A stretch of DNA of 63,371 nt, the filler included, from Lenisia limosa (lineage: Eukaryota; Protista; Breviatea): NCBI GenBank assembly GCA_001655205.1. It is 14 parts of 14 records of this genome, joined end to end, with 100 filler letters (N's around TTAATTAATTAA, not from the genome) between each part and the next. Parts side by side here need not be neighbours in the genome. Positions count along the whole stretch, not along the records: positions 12,421 to 22,066 come from LPNZ01006768.1; positions 22,167 to 27,565 come from LPNZ01005133.1; 12 more parts are not named here. The stretch is one strand, 5' to 3'. The notes beneath the pieces are model-generated. The model did no database searches. It was given only the letters and a program-made list of their open reading frames with translations, and was not told the DNA's origin. Made by a program: the position numbers and the translations under genes. How positions within the stretch are numbered: position 1 is the first letter of the stretch; each line of letters opens with the position of its first letter. Below, in pieces: positions 12,511 to 23,887 of the stretch.

Positions 12511-15500
12511 TGAAGATCCGCGAATAGCTCTCTTGGAGGATTATAGCGAAGAAAGTAACGAGTGAGAGGAAGGATTTTAGTCAACAATATTCAATCTCTT
12601 TCTGCAGTGCCAAATGATTTGTACATTTGCGCTTTATTACAAGTAAATTGAAATTCAAATTAAAAATAGTAATCAAAATTACTATTACAGGAGGAATATA
12701 ATTATTACCCCGAAATCTCATTCTTTAGTAACAGCGAATGGGAGTCTCACTCTTCTGAAGGTAGGAGCAAGGGTGCTGCTGGTCAAACCTTTTTGTCCTT
12801 TGTTTCTTATGAACTACGAGTCTATTTTGGTATATTATTATGTTTTTTGTCGTAATCCCCATTCTGTGTTATCAATATTGAGCCGTCAACTGGATCATTT
12901 ATCAATAGTGTATTGTTTCAATCCACTTTGAATTGGCTTGTTGATGATCGCAAAGTTTGTCATCACTGACTCTCAATTTAAAATTGTCGAACATGAAATG
13001 ACCACTCAGAAAGCGAAGATGAAAACGAGGAGGAAGAAAAAGAGGGTGACCTTTTCGCGTCTCCAAAGATCCAGCGAATCGAGCAACAGGTGAAAGAAAC
13101 CAGAGCCATCATGCATGAGAACATNNNNNNNNNNNNNNNNNNNNNNNNNNNNNNNNNNNNNNNNNNNNNNNNNNNNNNNNNNNNNNNNNNNNNNNNNNNN
13201 NNNNNNNNNNNNNNNNATGACTTTTAAGAACGGGGGATAACAAAACAATGAATGCATTAAATAATATAACCTGTGTCCATATTCATTTGCTGTATTATAT
13301 GATATACACTGACCGCGATAAGTCCTGACACGATTTACTCCAGATAAAGCGCATTATCCGTGTCAGGATTTTTCGTGGTCAGTATATATTTCATTTGCTG
13401 TATTATATATCATATGTAATACATATATACAACATTTCATATGCCACTGAGTAATTTAGTTAGGGGGGGGGGGGTGATGGGATACTGAGGGGGACCACAT
13501 TTGACCAATCTAGGTGATGGAAAGAGGCGAAGCGTTAGATATGTTGGATGAGAAGGCCATCTGTCTGGAAAAGTGGGTGACTGGCTGGCTTTTGATTGTT
13601 GTGGTATTTATTATTGTTCACATTTTTGTTAGCAAGGTTCTCATAGTTATTCCTATCACTTTTGTTTTCAATTTGGCTTCTACATATAACTAATACATTT
13701 GTCACATCATCATACATGCTTGTATGATCCAGTTTTAAGCAGGCGATCAATCTTACCATTTAGTTCAGCTCAGCAGTTTAACATGAAAGCTGCCTCAATG
13801 AAAAAGAAAGGTGAGCTAACGGTCGGTTGCCTTTTAGCAAAGGTTCATTTAGGGCCAAAAAATAGACGATCTTGACATTTTACTGCTATTTTTGTTATGG
13901 ATTTTAATTTGTTGCAGGAGGAGGGTTCTCTCGCCAAAGGAAGTTCAAACCTGAACCACCTATGAGTATGTCTTTGATTTAAAAACAGTATTTTGAAGGG
14001 TTATCCACGTTATTATTAACATGGGAACTAGTAGAGAAACACAGCTATGTAGGGTATATATAGCAATAAGAAATAAAAAACAAGGTTGTATCTGGCCGAA
14101 GCCTTCCACACCATCACGCTAATAAGAGATATTGGATTAGAGTATAATATTAATTCACCCAATCATTTGTCTTGCAACTCTGTGTACACAGCTTTCTGCG
14201 TGCTCTCCAGCATAGGTATTCTGTGACATATTGGGATAGTTCTTCATTTCAATCCACGGTGTCTTGAATCGGAATATCACACTGCCAGAAGAAGCCAACG
14301 CTTATGACGACAGTGATGCAAAACCCTCGTTACCCGATGACAGCAAGGTGGGAGGGGTATGGCTTCTAAAATTCATAAAATTTGTCAAATATTTTTATTG
14401 CTATATAATACCAGAATACGTATCATATGCAAAATAGAAAATGTTTATCAATTGGTACATCAAGGAGAAAATAAATAAATATTGCGTTTTCTGTGCAATA
14501 TGGATATCATACGGATTTTCACCCAATTCCTTGTTAAATGACCCTCAGCCATATCAGGAGCCGGTTCGTACCGGCAAAATGAAGGACGAAGGTTTGTGGT
14601 GAGAGTAGACACTGGAAGTTAATAGAGGGTTTTGTGTTATGTATTCCTAACCTTCATCTCACAATGCTCCCCGTATTGAGGTCTGCATATATTTACAGAC
14701 TTGAACACTTTTTTCGCGTCAGCTATTCGTTCTCTCATGGATAACAATTCTAGCGCCTTCAAAGCCCCAAAGGAAGCGAAAGTCAAAAAAACATGTGGAT
14801 AGCGATGATGATGATCGTGTGAGGGCCGAACTGACGGAATCGACTTTCGCTAACACCGGCCTGGGCTTTGTTTGTTTTGTTGTTGTCAACCCATGTGTGT
14901 TGTCAGCCAACANNNNNNNNNNNNNNNNNNNNNNNNNNNNNNNNNNNNNNNNNNNNNNNNNNNNNNNNNNNNNNNNNNNNNNNNNNNNNNNNNNNNNNNN
15001 NNNNNNNNTTGGAACCGAAAGTGCAGCTCTAGTTAGTAGCATCAATTAACACCGACAGTCGATCTCCAGGCCCTGGCTGACGCTTCGCATTGCAATGTCG
15101 GCAAGAGCGGACCAATTGAGGTGGGTCCGCTTTGGGTTTGACTGTTTTTGTGTCCGCTTATGTGAAGGATAGAAGACCATTCAGCTAAGATTACTGCGAA
15201 TCTCTCTCTTGGTTAATCTCAAATTTGAAACCATGTATTATCATCAGATATAACATCATATACAGAATTGGGGAAGTCTTTTCATTTTTCTGGTTATTTT
15301 CTTTGACCTAATGATATCACCATGACTTCCCAATTACTTTTACCACTCAGTACATTCCCACCGTCTTCGATAACTACTCTGCGAATGTTATTGTCAACGG
15401 CTGTCCCATGTCGGCATCGTACAACGAACTCAGTAGCCAGGTAGGCACATGGTGAGGGCAGATCGAATGATATTGCGAGGCAAAAGGATTCATGCCGCCG

Positions 15501-17575
15501 GGATGAACTGCCTCTACCGTTTTTTTAGGTTGCTACTTGTCTTCCCTTTGTGTAGACAATATCTGTTACTAGGAGTCCTTTGGAATATGTGTTGAATCCC
15601 AGTATGGGGTTTTAAGGTGTGTTGATGCCTTGTATATCCTATACAGAGTCTAGTAGAAGATGTGTATTGCAGATTAGTGGTAAGTCTTGACCATCAACCT
15701 CTGCTGCATTATCGCTTCTGGTCTAACTCGTGACAGTATATGGAAACCAGGCTCCTCCCCATCATTGTCAGCTGCAACCAAGTCAACATGCTCCTCTTCA
15801 ACCCCTGGGTATGTCAGAATCCTCTTTTGCAAAAGAATAATCTTAATTGGCGCTTCACTTTCTCTTTTGCAAATGATGTAATATCATTGGTACCGTATGG
15901 ATGGAACGTCTTCGGTATAATATGATATCTGATATAATATATTGATAAATAGTATGCATTTCATACTATAATATCATATCATATGATGTGTATTTAGAGA
16001 ATGTCATGTGTCTAATTCCCGAAAGTAAAGCTCCAGTTTTGACCCTTTACAGGTCCGGGAGTCCTTTGAGTTCCTCGACACGTTTATTGCGGCATNNNNN
16101 NNNNNNNNNNNNNNNNNNNNNNNNNNNNNNNNNNNNNNNNNNNNNNNNNNNNNNNNNNNNNNNNNNNNNNNNNNNNNNNNNNNNNNNNNNNNNGGTTGAA
16201 TAATAATTCTTCTATTTATACCTTAGGAGCAAGTTAGCTGCATAAAAGATGAAGCAGTCAAGGCTGACCTGTTTAGCGTGAATGTCTTCCGCAATGTCAC
16301 CCCAGCCTGTGAGGATATCCCAAAAACGGAGTTCCCTCTTGGAGTCGTTGTTGCAACCCAGGTATACCGTGAGGGCGGATTGATAGGTGGCGTCTTTTGA
16401 GATCAATATGGGATGTGTTGATTATAATATGATATGTATTTCTATATTTCTCATTATTTTGTTCAATAATGATTCTACTCAGCTCACTAATGTGTTTGTT
16501 TATCATGTCTTTCAATTTGGGTAACAAAAGACTGATCTCCTAAGATTGATCGCCATCCTTCCACTCGGCTTGTGACTGAAGAAGAGGTATGTAAGGGAAG
16601 GACGGAGCATTAACATATTAATCGTAGTACTGATTGACCCATTTGTATAGTTTATATTTACCCTTTACTTCAATAACGCACCAATCCAGGGCAGGATCTG
16701 GGCCAAAGCGCATGGGATGCCCTACGTCGAGATCTCAACCTTTGACGGTATAAACACCCCAGTACCCTTCGACATCATGCACCAAATTGCCTTCAAGCAC
16801 TTAGGGTGGGGGCTAGATCAGAATCATAATTTGAGTTTTTGAAGTTGAAGGCAGATTGGCCTTATTATGAAAATTTAGTGGCCTAAGATGATGATATTGC
16901 TTGTAATATGGAAATAGATTTTTCCTTGACGCTTCCAGCCCCAAGAAGCTGAAGAAGCTGAAGAAAGGACAGTTCCATTCCCACGCTTCTGGCTTCTTCA
17001 GCGTGCGATTTGGCGTCGGTGGAATGGACGGAAGCGGCAAGACGCATCTCATAATGAGCTACACTTGTGGTCCAATGCCAGCCTATGGTTTGGAAGGGCT
17101 TCATAGCAAATGGGCTCCAATTGTCTTGGTGCTAGAGGAGATAGGTACTCCGAGGTAGTCTTAAAAGCCACTTTCCGAGTGACATTTTTTAACTTTTTTA
17201 AATGCTGTTTTGTCAACTTCTGTCAGAAGATACTACCAAGCATCATCCCATTCATTCGTAATTTGTGTTTTTGCGATCCCATTCATTCGTAATTTGTGTT
17301 TTTGCGTCGAACTATTTCAGAATCCTTTTAAAATTTAGGATGATTAAAATTTTGTGAAAGGGGGAGGGGCTACATGGATTTGATTTGTAAGTCATTTTTC
17401 TTCTAACCTGTCAGATATGAAGCCCGAGATCCCGGATCCTGGAGTGCTCTGGAAGGCTCCAAAGGACCCTCATGGCAACCCGCCCCCTGGTACCATCCAG
17501 GAGATTGGCAAAGGAAAGTCCTTCGGCTACCCCTGTAGGAGGACTGATTACGACAAGGAGTTGCTTGATGAATAA
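12511..17575 (+). CDS. R-SNARE coiled coil (no TM helix) fused to degenerate Rho/Ras-like GTPase sequence; 5' partial
   Basis: SNARE exons: KIQRIEQQVKETRAIMHENI / VMERGEALDMLDEKAICLE / NSAQQFNMKAASMKKK. GTPase exons: YIPTVFDNYSANVIVNG (15351-15440), MLLFNPW/VRESFEFL, GVVVATQ/IDRHPSTRLVTEEE/GRIWAKAHGMPYVEIS, and VRFGVGGMDGSGKTHLIMSYT (16939-17087). Splice phases are consistent wherever there is no N gap. Confidence 0.65.
14055..14182 (+). repeat. Family B dispersed repeat (about 130 bp, no TIRs), best copy
   Basis: tagcaataagaaataaaaaacaaggttgtatctggccgaagcc...aagagatattggattagagtataatattaattcacccaatcatttg..caactctg. Copies at about 1158(-), 1585(-), 3945, 7921, 10505(-), 25915(-), 28965 and 41355(-). 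Confidence 0.85.
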
Positions 17576-17682
17576 AGTACACCACTCTCCAACTTGTACA
17601 AACTCTTTACACCACCACACACAATATTAATTAGCGGAGATGATGCAATAGTTTTGTCTTTCTTCTTACTTGCCCTTTACAG

Positions 17683-18374
17683 TCCGATTGATGCCGCCCT
17701 ACGAAATGCTTTACGCCGTTACCGAATCTTGCCAAAATTCCGATGGCATTGAGTGGGAAAGGGGGGAACCATTCCGACAAGAGAAGCACGAAAACTTTAT
17801 ATATAGTGTCTGCTCATAAAATTCTGAAATATTTCTTCTTAGTTGCGTGTATGTGACCTGGTTTAGAGAGGGTATCAAAAGAAGGTTCCTCAGTGCTGCA
17901 TTCGAGGAGAATGACCCCGAGCTGCCCTTGTCTAAAGTGGACCTGGAGTGAGAGGAAGGCCTGCTGTTTATGCTGTTAGTACAAAGTATATTAACTGGGG
18001 TAGAAATTGCTTTTGGTGTGTACCATTATGCTCAAATTTTGATGCTTCTTCTTTTTGGTATTGCTTTATTATAATATTACATTATCCTGATAACCGTGTA
18101 GGAGTGCTTTCATCGAGACCGACAGCGACTCACTTATGTGCTTGGATGATAGCAACGCGGCTCTCATACCCACACCCAAGAGTAGGCAACAGGGGGTATA
18201 TGGCTTATGAGTAAAAGGAGAGGGGGTCATTGTTGACAAATCCCTTGAAATGACTATTCCCTTCACAACGCAGACACCACCCCCAGAGTGTCTGTTCGTC
18301 TTACAGCAGGCCGCGCGCTGATTCTTTCGTCGTCAGATTCTTGTCGTGGCTCAATTTCAATTGATTGGAGCGAG
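17683..18374 (+). CDS. Further exons, possibly continuing the preceding gene as a second degenerate GTPase domain
   Basis: Exons FRLMPPYEMLYAVTESCQNSDGI / EGIKRRFLSAAFEENDPELPLSKVDL / SAFIETDSDS. They are in phase if a donor near 17534 is used instead of the stop at 17575. SKVD and FIET weakly resemble G4 and G5. Confidence 0.35.
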
Positions 18375-18706
18375 GTTGGTGGTGTTGATCTTTACTTATG
18401 TCATTATTAATATTATTCTTTCTTTGACTTTTTTATGAGAGACATTAAATGAGTACAAGTTAAGGTTTGCTTTTCCCTTTTTTATGTCACTCTTTTCTCC
18501 ATTTGTTATCCTTTTTTATATTCTGAGTTTTAATTTTTTCGTTCATTGGTTTTATATAACGAACAATCTCAACAATTATCCATTCGTATTGACCTTGTTT
18601 CTATTTTTCCATCAGTATGTTATTATATATCATAAAAAAAATATATTAAAAACAAAAAAAAAACTGACTGCACATTCTCTTGAGGTTCAAAGAGCTTGGT
18701 AGAATC

Positions 18707-20510
18707 ATTTTATACGCCCGTCTTCGTATCATATACCAAGAGCTCACTGGAAACATTGTATATCGAGGGACTTAAAAATTGATGTGACACCCATAATAGT
18801 TTTCCCTCAATAATAAGAGACAGAGCAACGCGTACAAAAATGAAAACAATGTATTGAAGATGCAGTAAAATGAACAAGCTAGTTCACCTGAGCTGCTCGT
18901 CTGGAACACACTGTACAATTTTGGCCGCAAAGTTGGTGTGTTCACAGGAACATTTTCCTAAGAAGATATAAAACAGAAAAAACAAAATCTATTCAAAAAG
19001 GCAATTCTAAAATGCTTGGAATGTGCCATTGACATTACCAATGAGGCTGACAGGAGATGTCTCAATGTCATCAGTCCACGAGGGATAACATTTGGCACAC
19101 ATGTGCACTGCTGTTCTGTTTACGAGGAAATGGTATGTAACCACAGCTATCCTAAGAATTAGCTTGGTTCCATTAAGCAAGTTTTACCTTAGAAACAGAG
19201 TTCCCTTTAGCCGATGTTAGTCTTTGGATAAGAGTGCCAGGGCGTACTTAGCAAGGCCCTAGCAAAGGTGAGCTGAGATACATCGTCACACCTAAGAAGA
19301 AAATAACAAACGAGTTCAGTCCTCAAATTTGGTGTATCTTGAAATATCAAAAGGAGAGAGCTATATTGTATATCATAAAACCACCCAGCTACTTACGTTA
19401 AACAGCAAGTGAAGGCAAATCTGCTTACAACAAATTATTTAGAACAACTTTCAAGCCTGAAGGGCTTTTGATCAGCCCGGTCCTTCAGTATCAGCCGCGC
19501 TCTTGATACCGTCACTGCCGCATCTTATTCTACCAAAGCAGACTTCCCACTTGTTACGATTCTGAATAATGTGTATCCTCTCTTGACTACGGGGTTACGC
19601 TTTCCTGCCAAGAAGTGCATGGACTAAAATTTAACTGTTTGTATCGAGAGGTCAGTTTCCTCAACAATTTTGCGTTATAATAGAATCGGCAGTTCGCTAA
19701 AATATAAAATATTAAAATAATGCCACAAGGCATTAAACGGTTGTTCTGCAGGCGACATATACAGAGAGTGTTTTTGCTCCATTGGGAGACACGAGGTCTA
19801 CAACCTTGCCTCCTAAGGCGCCTTTCTTGGACTTTGAAGCATCTCTGACACAGAATAAGACCTAAAAAAAATTACATTAACAAGAATGATGCTAATTAAA
19901 ATTCACAATGTATCTCTGGATAAGCATCTGCGACATGGATGATGTTGGTACATCTGCCCTGACACTACAAACATACGGACACTTGGCCTCAACCAACCAG
20001 ATACCTTTGGGCGAGAGAACCAAGAGGTCCGGAGACGCCCCGATCCGTGACTGGGTGTCACCAACAAAGCTTCTCACAGTTAACAAGCCGACTGTCAGCA
20101 CCAGGAATGTCTTCGTAGTGTGGATCATCCTGTCGAATTATTCAAAATAAATCCCCAAACAAAAACGTGACAAATGAGGGAAATAATATCTCGGTGACTC
20201 ATCTTGCAGCGGAAATCAAATCCGCTCTTTTTTGAATCGAAGAAAGCTCTTGTTATGCAATTTACTTCTTGATTTTCCTTTGTCGTTTTTCTCTCTCAAC
20301 TATCGTGAATGTTGTCTTTGTATTTCTCCATGTTCACCAATAAACGATCTGTAAAACAAAGAGATGGATAACTTTACGTAACTAACACCATGCTATCTAG
20401 ATACATACATCTACATTTAATGTAGAATGACTTATCCCTTCACGTTTCGGACCGTCTGACTCATCCAGGAAGGACAACTCAGCTGCACTCCGACAACCGC
20501 CTCAATAGAC
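18707..20510 (-). CDS. YqaJ/lambda-exonuclease-like PD-(D/E)xK nuclease, multi-exon; boundaries approximate
   Basis: Exon 19920-20110 encodes RIGASPDLLVLSPKGIWLVEAKCPY...SQMLIQRY, matching the GASPDG...EIKCPY...QxQ motif of YqaJ-type nucleases. Flanking exons are not recognisable. Confidence 0.55.
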
Positions 20511-22279
20511 CTTTTCACTGGGTGTTGGGAGTACGGTCGAAGATGCGGAGTGGTAGGATATTGTCAAATACTGACGGTTTTGTTTTCATAAGAGTAATCA
20601 ATTTTAAAGCGGGGAATAACCACAAAAGGTTTGGAGTTGTACTATTTACTTCAGAAATCTTTCTCACCTCTTCTTTTTGTATTCTTAACATGGGCGAAGG
20701 TCTGCGGCCGGCTTCAGCCAACGTCTTCCCTCATTTTGAGTTTATCTTCTCAAGGTTGGGTTCATATTCCCTGAAAAGGGGGGTTATATAGCATGATGAA
20801 CTGTGCTATGATAAGTAATGCTCAGCAGTGATGATATAATATATACTATACAACATACAAAAAGCGAGGATCACATCAGGAATATTTATTCTAACCATGG
20901 TTGAGGATGTTTTGTTTCACCCCCCCCCCCCCNNNNNNNNNNNNNNNNNNNNNNNNNNNNNNNNNNNNNNNNNNNNNNNNNNNNNNNNNNNNNNNNNNCT
21001 TGGTCCAGATTGGGTCATGCACAATGCTCTATCTCACTCTCCACGCCGCTGTGATCATGAAGATAGCTAAAATCCGTGGGGCTGAGAGTGACCCTAATGT
21101 TGTGTTTTTACTCAACATCGAAATGCATGGCTTTTTAATCCGAAGTAAATCCCTGTTTCTCAGTGAAGAGCCTGGTTATGTTCCGTGTTTTGGGCGTCCT
21201 ACGCTCGCAAAAAATACGGAATTGTTCGATAAATATCGTAATTTTAAGACGGTCTTTTTTGGGACCATAGCAAGGGCTATGATAAATCTCCATTTTCGAT
21301 TCCAAAGGCGGATTCTCATTATTACCGATAATGTTCATGGTTGTATTGACCATACTGAGGGAGTGTGTTCGTCCTGAATACTTCCCATTAACTCCTTAGG
21401 TCGACCAAGGCTTTGCCTGCATAAGGTTCCAGAAGGCTTGGATGCTAAAGGTTGGTCGCATAGAATAGATCACAGGTCACTTTTATCAACATGTCACGAT
21501 TTTTTTTTTTCTTTTCTGAAGTATGGCATATCATATATTCTCATTTAGTATTTCGAATCTTAATGGATTTTAGATCGAGAATCCCTTATGAAAGAGTTTA
21601 GGATACCCTACTGTAAGAGGAGTGCTCACTTTTGTTGCAAAATACCATTCTAATGGGTAATACATAGGGCTTCACTTCGGTTCCAATAATACCAGTAAAA
21701 TATCGATAGTTTACGAGGATTTTTCGAGAAATTCAGTCTTTTTTTGAATCGAAATGAAGCCGAAAGCATACATACTATGATATATACGCGGGAAATTCAC
21801 CACTTTTTGGGGATGGAAAGCCAAAAGTAGCATGTTGTCATGGTGTAGGAGATAAATAGCTACAATATCTTGCCAGTATTTTCAGACTGAATTATGTATT
21901 TATTCACTAAACATTTAGCGGTTTACGGAGTTGAGAGTCACAGCTGCCGCCTGCTTAGGGATGCATTACGTAGGTCACGGACTGTTTAATTATGCCCCCC
22001 CTCCCCCAGACCTATCCGATACTCAATTATTAAGTCAACAGAGTTGATTCAGTTTCATATTATCTCNNNNNNNNNNNNNNNNNNNNNNNNNNNNNNNNNN
22101 NNNNNNNNNNTTAATTAATTAANNNNNNNNNNNNNNNNNNNNNNNNNNNNNNNNNNNNNNNNNNNNTTTTTAACAGTATGAAAACCCACTCACAATATAC
22201 CCACACTCCCCTCCCCCCCACGTTTTTTTTTCCTTTTTACAACCAAAAGTAAAGTATTTAAATTCAATCTACCACCCCC

Positions 22280-23576
22280 ACTCTGAAAAAGATGTCATGG
22301 TATTTGAGGTGTTTCCAAAGGACGGTCATATTTCCAGCCGCTATGTCTGAAGAAGGGATTGGGAGGCTACGGAGCCCTAAGGTACTAACTCGATACTGCG
22401 GGGGGGGGGGGGNNNNNNNNNNNNNNNNNNNNNNNNNNNNNNNNNNNNNNNNNNNNNNNNNNNNNNNNNNNNNNNNNNNNNNNNNNNNNNNNNNNNNNNN
22501 NNNNNNNNNNNNNNNNNNNNNNNNNNNNNNNNNNNNNNNNNNNNNNNNNNNNNNNNNNNNNNNNNNNNNNNNNNNNNNNNNCAAAACAAACAATATCCCC
22601 CTGTTTTTTACGGAGCACCCTTTCATAGCCCAAACACCTCAATAACTGCAGTACCGTCTGGTTTATCTGCAAGAGGGGCGAGGCGACTAAGATCGAAAAT
22701 GACGTCCCCATTGAAGATGTCGACTTTGGCCACATCAACACAGGTGTGAACTGCGGTGTAAAACGAAGGGAATTTTAGAATATTGGCGTAACGGTGCGTA
22801 AAAATGGAAACTATATAAAACAAAAAGAAGCCCAGAATCAACTCTATTGGCGTAACATTTGACAGCCACTTTTGCTGGAGGAGGAGTAAATATGCTATGA
22901 CCCATCATCATCACTGAAATGATGGTTCACAATTGTGAAAATGACCCAAAAAGTGATATGGTAATTAGGTCTTCACTTCGGTTCGAAAAAAGACTGAATT
23001 TCTCGATAAATCCTCGAAACTATCGATATTTTAACGGTCTTTTTCGAACCGAAGTGAAGCCCTAATGGTAATACTACACCCACTATGATTATGCATCAAC
23101 CATAACGAATATATCCTGCCATAGAATCGCGATAGCTCATAACTGTACCTGCACAATATGATCATGCATAACAAGGTACCCGCATACTATACGAACCCGA
23201 TCCTTCTAAGAGCTTCGTCAAGGTTGAGCGGATGGCAATATCTAACAGATGTGAATAATGTGTTTATCGGATTAGTATCGAGTAAAAAATGCAACCATTT
23301 GCCTTAAAACTCTGTACATGTGCCTCCTTTCTATCTTCCTCTCAGATAACATATATAGCATTGCGTTGAAAGTACCAAACTTAAAAAGAATTGCTGATGA
23401 TTGGGAGATTGGGAGAGAACCAGTGAGAGTTTGTCCGACGGAAAGGGAGGGGAAGGAAATATCAAGTTCAAACCTTCTGTATACAGTTCGCCATTGCTAG
23501 ACACAGATGCTGGAACAGCGAAGGCTCCAAGAACAAGCGCCAGGAAGGAGATTAGCCAAAAGGTCGTCATCGACAT
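22280..23576 (-). CDS. Uncharacterised secreted protein
   Basis: Starts MSMTTFWLISFLALVLGAFAVPA (signal-peptide-like). Later exons VDVAKVDIFNGDVIFDLSRLAPLADKPDG and YRVSTLGLRSLPIPSSDIAAG. Confidence 0.5.
22966..23064. mobile_element. Family A hairpin MITE (about 95 bp), best copy of at least 20
   Basis: TA-GGGCTTCACTTCGGTTCGAAAAAAGAC ... GTCTTTTTCGAACCGAAGTGAAGCCC-TA. Other copies at about 983, 2690, 3375, 4354, 6460, 7130, 8690, 9418, 9686, 11615, 21200, 21665, 24785, 26039, 28260, 42130, 59098 and 62162. Confidence 0.9.
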
Positions 23577-23887
23577 TCCTGTGTTCGTTCTATCTTTGTG
23601 TCTGTGTGGTTGTTTGCAGGTTTCAGGGTGTACTGTTCAGGTGCTGTGGTTTGTTGCAGTTTACTTTTTCATCAACCATATAAAGGAGCTTGGACCAGTA
23701 TATATTTATAAGATTCGAATATTATTTTTAGACCTTTACGACACAGTCAAACATCCATAATAAGTTAGAGTGATTGGAATAAAGACAAGGAAAGTGAATT
23801 AGACAATATTAGTGCGAGACTTGGTTTTGTTATTGGCTTATTTCAGTTCTCTGACCCTTGGTGTTCCTCGCTTAGTGCTTGGTAAAG

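Noticed and set aside
16212-16406. Minus-strand ORF with a faint Ras-like look (RELRFWDILTG)
   Set aside because: It is the antisense of a plus-strand exon with proper AG/GT boundaries that splices in phase into TQ/IDR and the G5 exon.
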